Positions 25,685-38,523 are shown, counted from the stretch's first letter. The stretch: 64,000 bases of DNA from Lepidodermella squamata (GCA_047495785.1 JBLDXI010000015.1:434001-498000), one strand, 5' to 3'. The notes: a model not told the origin generated them from the sequence alone. Program-made: numbers and translations.

Positions 25685-26108
25685 CCGTGAAAGGCTAGTT
25701 TTCATTATTCATTAACAATTATTTGCACGCATTCATTATTCGATCGATTCAAAAATAAACGCGGGTAACGCACTGATTCCACTGTGAAACAAAACAACCG
25801 TTGACTTGACAAATTTGCGTTAAGACCGACGCAAATAAAAAGAACCACATTTTCACAAATATGTAAAAAATAATCCAATAAGAAATTATAAAATTTCGGA
25901 AGAATTTCTGAAATTTATCACTGACAAACATTATTAGAGAAAATTAGCTATGGGTTCGATATGCAAATAAAAGTGCATTGGTAAATGAGGCTCTGAAGTC
26001 GACGGTTACTTTGTTTTGCAGCGGCATTAATGCGACTCCCGCGTTTATTTTTGAATCTACCAATAGCGTGCGAGCAATTAATTTTTAGAGAAAACTAGCA
26101 TTTCGCGG
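25685..26108. mobile_element. MITE-like element with imperfect terminal and perfect subterminal inverted repeats
   Basis: CCGTGAAAGGCTAGTTTTC vs GAAAACTAGCATTTCGCGG (2 mismatches); inner 20-bp GATTCAAAAATAAACGCGGG vs CCCGCGTTTATTTTTGAATC. No clear TSD. Confidence 0.6.
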
Positions 26109-27350
26109 TTTTTTTGTGGACGGAGGAAACCGCCGTAAATGAAGAGGATGTGCCCGTATTGTGGCGGTGACACCTGTCTATCGCGTGCCGGTAATAGCCG
26201 CGGCAAAACCTGGTGCCATTCCGCCTATAAAAAGGCCTAATTTGATACTTTTAAATCATCTTCCGCTTTGAATTTCAACAAGTAGCTAGCTTAAGCCGTA
26301 AATAAAAAGCCTTAGTTTCGTACCTTCGAACATATTTTTGCTACAAATTACAAGGTATTTTAACATCATACAAGTCGGGTCGATCGGTCATGATCCAGTG
26401 ATCGCGAGAACCCGTCACCGTTAAACATATATCGGGATTTTCAGTCTTCAACCTTTGCTAATTTTCAGAAATTATCAGCAAACGATTGCCCATTGTCCTG
26501 TTTTATTCTACTAATATTCTTATTCATGCCACATTAATGCCTTGCGAAGTTCAGTTCATGGCGGAAACTCAAGTCACAGTTTTTCAATTTTTCTAAAATG
26601 TCACATTTACTGATGAAACCTCAGTTCCATAAAACATGGTAAATTTTTCAGGCTTTTTTATTCATTAATCATTAATTATTCATTCTTATTGTAAGCGTAT
26701 TTCTTGATGATTTCATGCTAGGGCCTTTTAACGGATGGCCTATACTAATATGTCAACATTCTTCATTCTTCAGCGAAGTACCAAGATGTAGAGGAGTCAA
26801 AGATCAGATAAAGCTAAAGATGTATTCTATGGAGATACCTGATACTCAAGTCTTGATTCTTAAGAAAGTCGAGGTGACTGGAGATCAGGCTTGTAAGAGG
26901 GAACAGGGGTCACGGGCCTCATGATTCATTTTCGGCTGTATACTTAGAGTCTCAGTCTCAGTATGCATGGATACGGAGTTTTCTGTCAAACAATCTTCAT
27001 TCGAGTGATCAAATCAAAATCATCCATGCCCAGAATATGGATTCCGCATCTCGAGATGGAGAATAAGGGAATACTCTATGGCTAGCCATGGAGAAATAGA
27101 ATATCCCCCCGATCTGGAACCCCGAGTGAGTCTGGCGCAGCCAAACGAATCGAGGGGTTCCAGAGAGGCCCCTCAAGGCTTGGCGGGCGAAACGTCCGAA
27201 TTATAATGTGTCCGGATTATTAAGCTGTCCGCTTTGTGAAACGCGCCACCTGCATCTTCTAACGGACAACCTGTCCGTCGCCTCAAAACTGTCCGTACTA
27301 ACCCACTGTCCGCATTTTATAGGTCCGGATTATAGAGATTATACTGTATA

Positions 27351-27738
27351 CCGTACTGCCCGGAACAAAAACCATGACATTTGTTTTTTTCAAACGCTGA
27401 TGAAACCCTGACATTTAAAAAGGACTGACATTTATTTCGGGCCTGACATTTATTTATTCGAACCAACTAGTAACTTGCCCAGGTACCAAAACGACATACA
27501 TTTTCCTTAACTTCTACTTTTCTATGACCTTTCCCTGACCTTTCTATGTGGCAAGAGTAGTAATTATCTCCATTCAGAATGGCTATAATGACCTCATTAG
27601 TGATCTTCCTTGAAGTCCCTGCCATTGAACTGACATTTATTTCGGGCCTGACATTTATTATTTCGAATGACCTCTAACCTCTGACATTCATTTGAGGCTG
27701 CCATTTATTCGAGGCTGGCTTTTTTTCGGGCAGTACGG
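27351..27738. mobile_element. Tc1/pogo-type MITE with TA TSD
   Basis: TA-CCGTACTGCCCG ... CGGGCAGTACGG-TA, with internal TGACATTTATT repeats. Abuts the end of another element (...GATTATACTGTA at about 27348). Confidence 0.8.
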
Positions 27739-28019
27739 TATTAGTAATTCAGATATGTGAGAAGCATGAACTTCACAAACAGGTTATAGGCGAATAATTG
27801 AATAAATGAATTAAAATAAGAATAAATGAACAGCATGGTTCATGGGTTCTTCTGTATCATTTTGAACGAAATATATGAGAAGGCAGGGTAACCCTGGTAA
27901 AAGAGGAGCAGCCGAGAAAAAACACAAGAATTATACCGAAGAACATAGAACCCATACATCAAAACTATTCATCGGAACCAGATCCGTAAAAAATACCTAT
28001 CAAATGTCAGTCAGTCATT

Positions 28020-28720
28020 TCAGTAGACCAGACTTTCCCGATGCAGAATCAACAAATTGATTCTGCATCGGGCCGACTTCATCAATTCGAGCATATCTAC
28101 TGTAACGGGGTTCTCATCTGGTAAGAGACGGTAAACGATGGCGTTTTTGGCACGAATGTGTTTCTGTTTCCGCTCCCAAGTGCGTACTTCATTATATGCA
28201 CGTTGGTCGAAGTCCACACCAGGGGATTAGAGTTAGGCAACGGTTAAAATTCCCCCAGTTAAGCTTACGAATACCAGTGAAGCAGAAAATTGCGGAATAT
28301 TTAATTACAACAATTTGCGTGCGCACTGACCACTCGCCACCAGGGTAGATAAGGGCTGGTCCTCGTCATTTATACGATTTACTTCGGCATATTTCACTAT
28401 TGAAAGTCTTGTTTCCAATAGCTTCTAACACACCATGCCCCAGCTGCTACTACCAGGCCAGTAACGACTCATGACGCGGCTATGACTATATACAATTACA
28501 AGTAACAGCGAGTTTCACATAACTGATGTTGCTAACTAGGTAGGTTGATAGATTGTAGCCTGGCGTTACAGCTCCCATTGATTTTCCGGGGTGGATGTTG
28601 TAGTGGTCAGCAAAATACAAATATGGAACATTAATAAGCGATGAGGAAGCGAGTAAAATAACGAAGTGCTGCCGGTCGGAGAGATGCATCCCGCAATGAG
28701 CAACATGTCAATCAAACATC
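28020..28720 (-). pseudogene. Internally deleted remnant of the lectin-like gene: 3' end (28020..28100) and 5' end (about 28500..28720) joined by an unrelated 400-bp segment
   Basis: 28020..28100 matches about 33580..33649. 28500..28720 matches about 38360..38620 (HYNIHPGKSMGAVTPGYNLSTYL vs HYNIYPGKSVTAVTPGYNLSTFL). Confidence 0.8.
28101..28500. mobile_element. Candidate solo LTR
   Basis: Begins TGTAA exactly at the homology breakpoint and ends TTACA; about 400 bp; no TSD; right end ambiguous. Confidence 0.4.
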
Positions 28721-28868
28721 TCGAACTAATTATTGTCGAACTGCCCTCTCCTGGTCGTTAAATAACAGTTTTTAAATCCGAGATGTGATCAGGTTTGTGA
28801 CTTTCTTGAAAAACGGAATCCAAAGGATCTAAAAAACTGTTTTTCTGTCGCAATAATCTGCCTGTATA

Positions 28869-28905
28869 GCACATTTCCGAAACATAGGCGGGCCCGGAAA
28901 TGTGC
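28869..28905. mobile_element. 37-bp micro-insertion with 11-bp TIRs and a 9-bp TSD (Mutator-like signature)
   Basis: GCCTGTATA-[GCACATTTCCG...CGGAAATGTGC]-GCCTGTATA. The paralogous empty site at about 17269 reads GCCTGTACACATTTC. Confidence 0.8.
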
Positions 28906-28937
28906 GCCTGTATACATTTCATTGTTAAAGTAATTTA

Positions 28938-29439
28938 ATGATACGTAGCAATCTAGTCCTTGCTATTTTCGTTACCACTGCTACTTTGAGCGGGCTGGTT
29001 AGGGTAAGTGAATTAAACTAGGATTCACTTTCAATTCAAAATGAGGTAATTCTTGGCTTAATCGTTTCAGGCTGAGCCAACAGATGGCGATGAACTCACT
29101 GCGGAAGTCGCAACGATGCAGCGGCACTTCGACGACAGCGAAAATCCTTCGTCTCCTAATATCGAATCAATGACCACAGTTGCAGCCATTGATTGCAAAA
29201 GCTGGCGAGAATTTGGCCGCGAAGTACGTCGACGAATGCTGGAGTTGCGAGGAAACCCCAGAAAGCGCATTGCATTTTTGAAGGCGGCTGAGCGACATGT
29301 AGCGAAGAAGCGGTTCGAAGAATGTCTCAAAACCTTCAATCCATCGATTTGTCAAAACACCAAATCTTTTTACATATGGGAGCGTATAGTCGCCCAACGT
29401 ATTATGGATGGGAGCCACGATTGTGTGATCAGGTTTTAA
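28938..29439 (+). CDS. Secreted peptide-precursor family, copy 5 (exon 2 identical to copy 3); exons 28938..29003 and 29071..29439
   Basis: Same structure as copy 3; 29052..29620 is essentially identical to 17412..17980. Confidence 0.8.
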
Positions 29440-30676
29440 GTTGAAGAACAGCCATACTTTTTGATACTTTCAGTCTGTATCCTCTGATCATTCCAGAAAT
29501 GAGCTCGAATAAAGAATCACCCATTTCATTCTGCTCACATCGTAATTGTAATTCCATGCCACGTTAGCGCCAAAGTTGTTCAAAATTTCCCGAAACAAGT
29601 CTCATTTACTGCAGGAACATCAGTTTTTTTAGCCGAAAATGGGCTTAAAATGCATTAAATGTTCGAGGATTCATGGGCAACCTCTAGTTGGTGACCGCCA
29701 ACAGGCGATGGCGTCCGGCGGAGTCCAGGTTCTGAGCCCATTTGGAGTCCAACCTCGAAAGAACTCGTAAGAAGAGTCGAAAAGAGTCCGAAAGGCTCTG
29801 GAGTCCTCGTTTGGACCACACTGCTCTGAAGCTTCTCAACATTGACGAAACAACAGACTAAATTTTCTCTTTCTCAGCCGTTCTGGCCGAGCTGGGAGGG
29901 ATGAAAAGTCGCACAATACCTACTCATCATTCATTTTTCAGGATTATCCATTCATTCATTCAATTCCTTTTGACGTATTTTGACGTATTTTCCACGATTT
30001 TCGAAATTTTCGCTGGCGAGCGGCATCGCAAATTTTCTTTTTCATGATCAAGCACCATACGCTAGGGTGCCTTTTTCGACGCAATCTGTTCTATAGATTG
30101 TGCAAGCTCTCAATGTTGTTTTTGGTTCGATCAGACATCAGACAGGTCATCCATACTTCATCCCACCTGCAGGGGCTTCCTCAAAGTACATAGGATCTCG
30201 AAACAAGTAGTAGTAAAGAAGAACCCGTTCACGATAAAAAGTTGACAATTCTGTTCCAAATGCTGATCTCTATTATATTATTTAATCATTTTATAATAAT
30301 CCCTCGTTTAATTATTGTTTTTGGCATTAATCTGAAATATTAACTGAAATCGCAGCGCAAATGGGAAAGCGCAGGTAGCGCAAGTGGGAAAGCGCAAGTG
30401 GGAACATACCAATTCTTGAATAAATGTGGGATCTTTGTTTCAATTTTTTCATATTCCGTCGCTTGAAAGACATTTTTCAGAGGGGTATTCTGCAGCTTTG
30501 ATGAAAACTTGACGACTCGCGCAGATAGTGACGCGGAAGTCTGAGGAGACAGGAGACCCATTCCGCGGTTATTAAGACAATCCTCTGTCCTCTGCGGATC
30601 GAAGAAAAAGCCATGCGTTGGCTGTGAACCAAGATTCAACGCCATCTATGCGCGGCATCATTCTGCTCCTCTAGCG

Positions 30677-31471
30677 CAATGCTTCTCAACCTTCATTTTT
30701 CGGGCCGCATGCGGCCCGCAGCCCAATTTTGTGCGGCCCGGCACTCAACTAGGTAACTTGTATTGGTTGCGGCCCGCAAAGCCTTGTTATCAATCATTTT
30801 TAAATAGCTTTAAGGTCCAAGCGATGCCCGGAAGTCCAAGTACAAGGTTCCTATGAATCATCCCTATTTTGATGCATTTTAAGCCCATTTTCGGGTTGAA
30901 AATGCCCAAAAAAGCGTCAGTTAAAGCTCGCTTCGCTCGCGAATTGATTCGAGGTCGAGGGTGAAAAATTATCACCCCCAAACAAAAATCCTGGCTACGC
31001 CACTGAACTTAACGCAGTTTATACCACTAAGGCCACTAAAGCCACTCCTTCCCTTATTCGTTCATTCACCCTAATCCATGTTTTCAAATGCCCTCAAGCC
31101 TCAAGGCCCGTTCTTGAATATTTTGCGTAAATAATTTCCAGTTATGATTTTCTAGTTTCTTTTTTGCGATGAGCGGAAATGACATTGTTAGCTCAAAAAA
31201 TTGCTCATAAAACTAGATAGATACTTACTTGGTAATTTACTCGTGATTGCCCAATTTTTGTTAAATTTTTTGTGTTTTAAATTGCAATGAAATTAGCGAC
31301 TAAACAGCATTAATATCTGTTTAATTTCGCTCACATAATGAACATGCGGCCCGCTGTGTTCTTACAATACAGTGGTAGCGGCCCGCCGGCGAGGGCCGAA
31401 GTCATGCGGCCCGCAGGGATGGAAAATGAGTTAAAAAATGGCCCACAATGGAAAAAGGTTGAGAAGCACTG
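30677..31471. mobile_element. Non-autonomous hAT (Charlie/Buster-type) element
   Basis: 17-bp TIRs CA(A/G)TGCTTCTCAACCTT; perfect 8-bp TSD CTCTAGCG (30669..30676, 31472..31479) with central TA; subterminal GCGGCCCG repeats. Confidence 0.92.
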
Positions 31472-31891
31472 CTCTAGCGGTTAGAACGAACAGGCAGAGG
31501 CAACTGGGCGTGTTGAGCAGCCTGAGTTCGGCATAAAGGCAGCTCTATTTGAAGAGTAATTGTCGTTACAGCTTTTACAGCTGAGCCTGCGAAGAACGAG
31601 CGGGATCAAAATCGCGACAGAGGTCCGTCCTACTGTTCGTATTAGTCGTCCTATTAGTCCGAGCAAAAAGCTGCCAGTTATCGAAGCTGAAGAAGGCGTT
31701 GTTCAATGGAATTAATAAGGAATAAGGCGAGTAATGACAACTGGGTCGAGTGCCAATCGGCAATTCTACATAATTATACATCGTTCCCCGCTGTTCGCTG
31801 TTCGTGTGTAAAATGAATCAAACAGCCTATAAAACGGTTTTTGCTTCCTCCAATCTATGCTTGTACATATTTTATTGTTAAAGTTAATTTA

Positions 31892-32394
31892 ATGATACGT
31901 AGCAATTTGATCCTTTCGATTTTCGTTGTAGCTGTCACTTTGAGCTGGCTGATTAGGGTAAGTAAACTCAATAAGTATTCACTTTCAATTAAACTTGAAG
32001 TAAATGTTGGCTTAATCGTTTCAGGCTGAGTCAAAGGATGGCGGTGATCTCACTGTGGAGGCCTCCGCAATCCAACTGCATCTTGGTGCTAGAGAAAATC
32101 CTTCGCCTCCCATCGAGACAATGACAACAACTGCCGCAAAATACGGCAATAGCAGGCATGCTTTTAGGCGCAGAATGATTCAACAAATTCTGATGTTACG
32201 AGGAGATGAAAAAAGCTCAGAGCATATTTGAAGGCGATGGAGCGATATGTGAAGCAGACAAGGTTCGAAGCATGCGTCAAAACCTTCGATCCAACGATTT
32301 GTCAAAACACTGGTGCCTTTTACGTATGGGCGCAGTTGTTCGCCCAAGATATTTTGGCTGGAAAGCTTGATCATGCGATCAGGTGGCACCAATG
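31892..32394 (+). pseudogene. Secreted peptide-precursor family, copy 6, frameshifted (or homopolymer sequencing error); exons 31892..31957 and 32025..32394
   Basis: Promoter, signal exon and splice sites intact. The A6 run at 32209..32214 needs A7 to read DEKKLRAYLKAMERYVKQTRFEACVKTFDPTICQNTGAFYVWAQ. Confidence 0.75.
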
Positions 32395-33581
32395 AAGAAC
32401 AGCCATATGTCGGGATTTTTTCAGTCTGTAACATTTGATAATTTTCAGAATATCTTCAGAATATTTTCAGAAATAAACGATCACCCATTTTCCAGTTTTT
32501 CTAATGATATTATCTTATTGCAATGATACTAATGACATGGCAAGATGCTATTCTCAATTATTATGTAAAAAAGCTGAATAAGGAAAACAATTTGTGTACA
32601 TTACTGTATTAACCAAAAACTAAAACAAGTGATAACTTCACCCTAATTCTCTCTCTTGGATGCGCCATAAGCCCACCCGTGGCCGGTGCTAATATATATT
32701 CCTATTTCGAAATAAAACACGATTTAATGCCTTGGTACGGCGACAAAACAGCGAAATCTTAATATGTAAAAGATGCATTGCGTTTCTGCTGTTATGTCGC
32801 TTTTGCTGTTATGACGGTCTGCCAATGCCTTGCAAAGTTCATTTTCTGGCAAAAACTCGGATCACAGTTTTTCAATTTTCTAAAATATCTCATTTACTCA
32901 GTGCCTCAGTTCCATACTACATAATACGTCCTGCATTTGTCAGGATTACTCATTTATTTATTTTCCATCCTATTGTAAGCGTGTATATCATCTTTTTTCA
33001 TGCTCCTCTCTCTCCCGTTTCATGCTGAGTTGTAAAACGCAACCGCCTACTCGCATTCAGCCACGTTACAATAAGTAGCTGAATCACGAATCATGAACAT
33101 TCTTTCGCGATATTTCCACTTTTACATGCTACATGCTTACAAAGTCAGGCTCACTTTTCTTCCGGCCGTGCTCACCGTAGCCGAATATAAGCATTATTGC
33201 ATGTATGACGACATTTCTAAATTAATTCATCACGAGTTGAATTTTTAATGAATTCTTCCTTCTTCCAACTTGCGAAAGCCAACAGGCGTTTTCGGAATCA
33301 GTTTATTTCAGCTTTTAATTTTAATTTGTGATACATTAGTGATTCAGATAGGTTATAGGCATGAACTTCCCCACAAATGTTGCGAACTGTGAACATAAAT
33401 TATGCGAATAGTTGAAACGAAGTAGAGGGAGACTGAAAGTTATATTACGCCCATTATAAGAGGCCCAGCCAATAAATATACCGAACAAAAAGAGCAGCTC
33501 TTATCGCCATATCAATATCGTTCACCGGAACCAGATCCGCTACAAATACATACCAAATGCCAGTAAATTGATTAAGTCGTT

Positions 33582-36500
33582 TCAGTAAACCAGAATTTCA
33601 GCAAATTGAATCTGCATCGGGCCGACTTTATCAATTCGAACATATCTACCAAGAATAGGCGGTGTACAATACAATGGGAATGATTGCCCAGGAATATAGT
33701 TCGGCATTTGATAACCCCGAAAAAAGTCGCAAATTGCATTGTTAGCGCCGTTAGCTGAATCTCCAACGCGAGCTGTCAAATCGAAGCTAGATGCCGTTGA
33801 GTAATCGATCGCGTTTCCAGAAGCTACTGGAACTATTTTCGATACTAAAATCGATTGACCCAAGTCAACCTGAAACCATAGACTAGCAGCATTTGGCTGC
33901 GTATTACCGGGCAAAGCGAACGATCCATCTGTCAGCCCAGCGTCAGTCGCGGTATCAAAATTCGAGGACGTAACTTGCTTAAAAAATGCGAGATTCACAC
34001 TTGTTTCAATGCTGACCTCGACTTTGCAAATCATCATATCTAAGCCACGACCTTGCTGGACTATTGTGACGTATCGACCTGATATAGGCGGAAAGCAAGG
34101 AATCGAAATTTTAGCATCGAAAGGCACATTAGGCTGGGCAGCATTGTTACAAACTGGCAAAGCATCAGCATCGCTCGCTTCACCTGCTGGTATATTGTTC
34201 GAAACAGCAATTTGTAGCCCTGAAATCGGAGTTCCGACCTCGGCATAGCTGCAGCCCTTGAAACTGAATCGACCAATCGGCTGAAGGACGAAATCATCGA
34301 CATACTGATGAAGCGTTGACAATGGCGTCGTTGTCATACAGCTCAACATTGCAAAATTGATCTGAATGTTCGTGGAATCGAAATTGGATTCACTGGAACA
34401 CCTTTGAAATTCAATGCAGACAAAGTTCAGGGTTCAGGCACGGCACCAAAACAAAAAGTACCTAAAATACAGCAAACACGAGGAAACAGCGGATGTTTCT
34501 ATTTCTGACATGACAGCAAAAATGCAATGCATCTTTTACAAAGTAATTGTTGCCGTCTTTGCTGCGTTGGGTATTCGCTGTCATGGCCAAAGGCCATGCA
34601 CAAATTTAGAATTGCTGAATAGTTTGGTGAACGGGGTGAGAAAATGGAATAACGGTATTGTCTCATATCTCTCATCAGTAAACCTTTATTTGTAGGGTTT
34701 GATTGATGAAACAAACTAAACTCACTCGGTTACTTCCTACCGTCAGGGATTTGGCTGATGGCGTAGGAATGCAGTTGCTGAATGTCTGAGAAAGGACGAA
34801 GAAACCGTCGCGATAAACTGAAACGCGATGATTGCCGAGCGTAAAATCTACGTTCACCACATAGTGCTGCCATATATCGTGTAGTTGAACTACGGGCTGC
34901 AGATCCGATGAGGCATTCGAGAACATCAAAGCGTGGATAGCGATCGTGTATGACGACATCGGGGCAACCTTATTGTAGCCGAGGTCGTAACTGATCGGTA
35001 TGCTACTCGCTGTCAAAAAGTTGCTATTTTGATTGGAGAAACGATAGGCACCTGAATCACCAGTAGCCCAGGGAAAGTCAGGAGCCCGACAGAGTTGGCC
35101 CAATTGCAGTAAGAATATTGCTGCTGCTATCGACAGACGATAAGCCCAAGTTTAAATCGAAAGGAGTCACGAAAACGGCTTTCAATTCCCTCGGCGAAGT
35201 GATAGGACAGCGTTTCAAGGATTTGGCGAATTTTTGACTCTGAGCAATTTGGTAGAAGACCAAGCATGCATAAGTGACCGAGGCACTGCCGACGCCTCCG
35301 ATTCTAAAAAAAGATGTATTCGTTTGAAGACCACTTTGGTTACAGCCGGCTGTAACTGACGCTATCAATTCGCCCTCTTGAACAAAGTATACGTATACGG
35401 TATCTTTAGATTGGTCGTAGATGAAGCCAATGAAACTCCATTGATTTAGCAGTATTTTGAAAGGCGACGTTACGGTTTTTCTAGTGGCGTTTCCGACGCA
35501 TGAAAAAATCGCTTGAGCATACCCGCCTGCCGATATACCTAAACCGACTGTGTATTGGGCATCTGACGCCGGCGAATCGAGCCAACCGAGTAGGCCGCCG
35601 CCAGTGCTGGACGGTCGAACGTGAATTAGAAGCGAGAGAATCTGAGTTAGTTTAGCTGCGGCGGTTGAGATGAACAAGTAGCTTGCGGTTGAGGTCAGCT
35701 TCCAAGCCCTGAACATTATAATGAAGATTATAATGAATCATCCTCAATTTGCTAATGTAAATTATTAGAATAATTGAATAATTGAACTTTCAGCTATAAA
35801 AGCAATATCCCTGTTCAGCTTTGCGATAGAAGTTATGAAAATTAATTCTTGATACACACTGATCTGAGAGGACCGGACAGAGTTCAATTCAAATTGAAGT
35901 TCAAATTATCGCGACACATGGAGATCTGATTATGAAACATCGATGCAAATGTCTGCACATTAAGGAAACTTTTGACTTCAGTGGTAGTTTGTCTTCCATT
36001 TTTCTTTACAAATTCAGCAATTCGACCAAATCAAAACATCTTCCTGTGATTCAGTGAGGTTAAATCTTACTCACGTTTTGGTGTAGCTCATAATTTTATC
36101 GCACACCGGGCTTCCAGCTGTTGTGAAAACAGAGCTCGTATTGACGAAATCTCCAAGGGAGCAGGCAAGCGGGAACAAGGCAGCTGGGGGAGGAGCTAGA
36201 AATGGCATAATAGAATACGAAATTTAACGCAAGCATGCAATCACGTACGGGTCCACATCGACTGCGCTGCTTGCTCGATTTCATCGTTTGCTAGCGCCCG
36301 TTTGTATATCTGAACATTCGCCAGCTTGCCGGTCCACGAGCCGCCAATAATCAGGTAGGCGTTGATTTTTAAGGTTGTTGCCTGCTGGTTGCAATCGATG
36401 TAGGCGATGCCAACATCTACGCGATCGATGTAAACACGCGCAACCTTAGCTTGGCAATCAAACGCGATTGCAAAATGGCGCCAAGAATTTTTCGGTAATA

Positions 36501-38523
36501 GCGCTTCATAGCCCATGCCCGTTGCATTCACGAATAACGCGCTATTGACGTTACAGCCTCGTGCTCGTTCTACCAATATTTTACCAGTATCGTTGATAGA
36601 AATTCGCAAACATTGGATAAAACTATAAAATAGAATCATATTTGCAATGCTGTTGAGGTAGAAAGAATATCGTTCTTACTTGTCCTGGTAGGATTCGAAT
36701 AGCACCAAAGTACCGGCTGTGTGCCATACCCAGGCTGCAAAGGTCCAGCCATATTGCTTATCGACAGCCAGGTTATCCATAGGCAACAGAAGTCGGCCAA
36801 ATCCAGTCCACGCGAGGGCTGAAAGTGGCCTGCCATCAACGCCCGAGCCATAGGTCAGCCCGTTCGAAAAAACTCCATTATTACCATTGCCACTCAGATC
36901 ATCAGCCCGATGCATGATATCTAGTGGCCAATAGCCATCGGGCACCAAGGTGAATCTAGGGTCGAGCTGTGGCGTGGAAACCTCGACAGAAGTCACAGTT
37001 TTAGCCTCGCCCAAATCAATGGTAACATAAGGTCGGTCAAGAAAATTCAGAGTACCGTAATTAAATTTGGTACAGTTCAAGAAACTTTTTTCGCGTATGA
37101 TTCGATTAGCCGTAACAGCTGAGGAATTTGCGAATCCTGAGAGAGTGCTCGTGTCTTCAACATAGGCCTTAGCTATCCGGGCTTTGAAAGCTAAATTGGG
37201 ACTGTAACGCGGTATATTTTTGCAGCCAAGAAGCTCGACCTTGTAGCAGCGAGCTGAACCCGAATAGCCCAGTGGATCAATAGCAATAAATTTAGCTAGC
37301 ATCGGCTTCGGAAATACGACCGTTGTTATAGTGGCTGAGTCAGTATTTCCCACCAAGACCGTTTTGCCATTATTTTCTTGAAACTTCACCCAGTTGCCGT
37401 AAGACGAAGATTTGTACCTCAAACCAAAAAAAGTCACCCATGAATTCAGTCGATCACAGCCTTGAAATTGAACAGCAGTTACCAATGTTTGCTTCTTGAG
37501 GTCGATAGTTAGCGACATTGTGTTTGCGAACGAGCCCATGCCCCAATTCAGCCTCGAGTAATACGGTCCAGCAAGGAAACGATCAGTCGAAATTTGAGAA
37601 TCTTCAATTTCCATAGATTCAATGCCAAGAGGTTCGAAACACTGAGCTGTTGTGCCTTTAAAGGCCAATCTGCCTTGACTTGAATACGGCGGCGTTCGCG
37701 TTTCTGTCACGCTTGATACTTTCACATAGCGTGTCAAATGCGGTCGGAACAATCGGTTTATTGTTGTTATCTTGTACAGGGTACCGAACATAGCAGGATC
37801 TCCGTGGCCTCTGTTAATCTGGTAGAAATTCAGCCCGTCGAAACTGTATTCGATTCTCAAGTTTTGAAAACAAGCTATGCAGTAGAAGTGAAACTCGGTG
37901 AGCCAGACGATTCGCTGAAGATCGACCATTATCCAAGCACCAGCTGCCTCGTTGCTAGCCAGGCCAAAATAGTAAATGTGCCGTGCGTACAGTCGTCCGA
38001 ACATAGCCATTTCCATTGGTGGATTCGTCGAAATTGCTGAATACGCCAGATCGTCCACGTAAGAATTATCGTAGTCGAGAATCTCGTCGTCCGATATATT
38101 CTTCATCAAACTAGGCGAAGTCCAAGCTGACTTCAAAACATCCCGCCACAATTCAGTCTCGGTACATTTGGTCGATTCCGAGGAGCATTTCTTCGACTTT
38201 TTCAACAGGCCATCAGAAGATAAGGAGAATGATGTTGCAGTTGAATCATTCACAATCTGAGCTATTTGCGAGCTTGGAACTTCGAAGCTCCAAAGCAAAC
38301 ATGTGGTCAATTTGAATTGGCCAGACTTGCACGAATCGATGGAATTACAGAGAGCCATGCAATTAACAGCGAGTTTCACGTCACTGGTGTTGCCAATTAG
38401 GAATGTTGATAGATTGTAACCTGGCGTTACTGCAGTTACTGATTTCCCGGGGTAGATGTTGTAGTGGTAACCTCCGGCAACCACCGAGGCTATCAAATAC
38501 AGCAAAATAAAACTTTGCAACAT
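33582..38523 (-). CDS. Large secreted mosaic lectin-like protein: signal, PAN/apple, F5/8 type C (discoidin) x2, partial F5/8-like, LamG/pentraxin-like x3, C-terminal fucolectin/F5/8-like; one apparent frameshift near 35085
   Basis: Motifs CMALCNSIDSCKS (PAN); WIMVDL, CFEPLGIES, AVQFQG, VELLGC (F5/8); YWPLD..DDLSGNGNNG, WRHFAIAFD, NVQIYKRAL (LamG); WFQVDLG, GRYVRI. GT-AG introns link the ORFs except at about 35085, where two frames overlap without an intron. The last intron boundary is uncertain. Confidence 0.75.

Noticed and set aside
32740-34565. Short inverted similarity between about 32740..32800 and 34505..34565 (both translate CKRCIAFLL)
   Set aside because: Degenerate dispersed repeat fragments in a spacer and an intron; no TSD or evidence of a single element.
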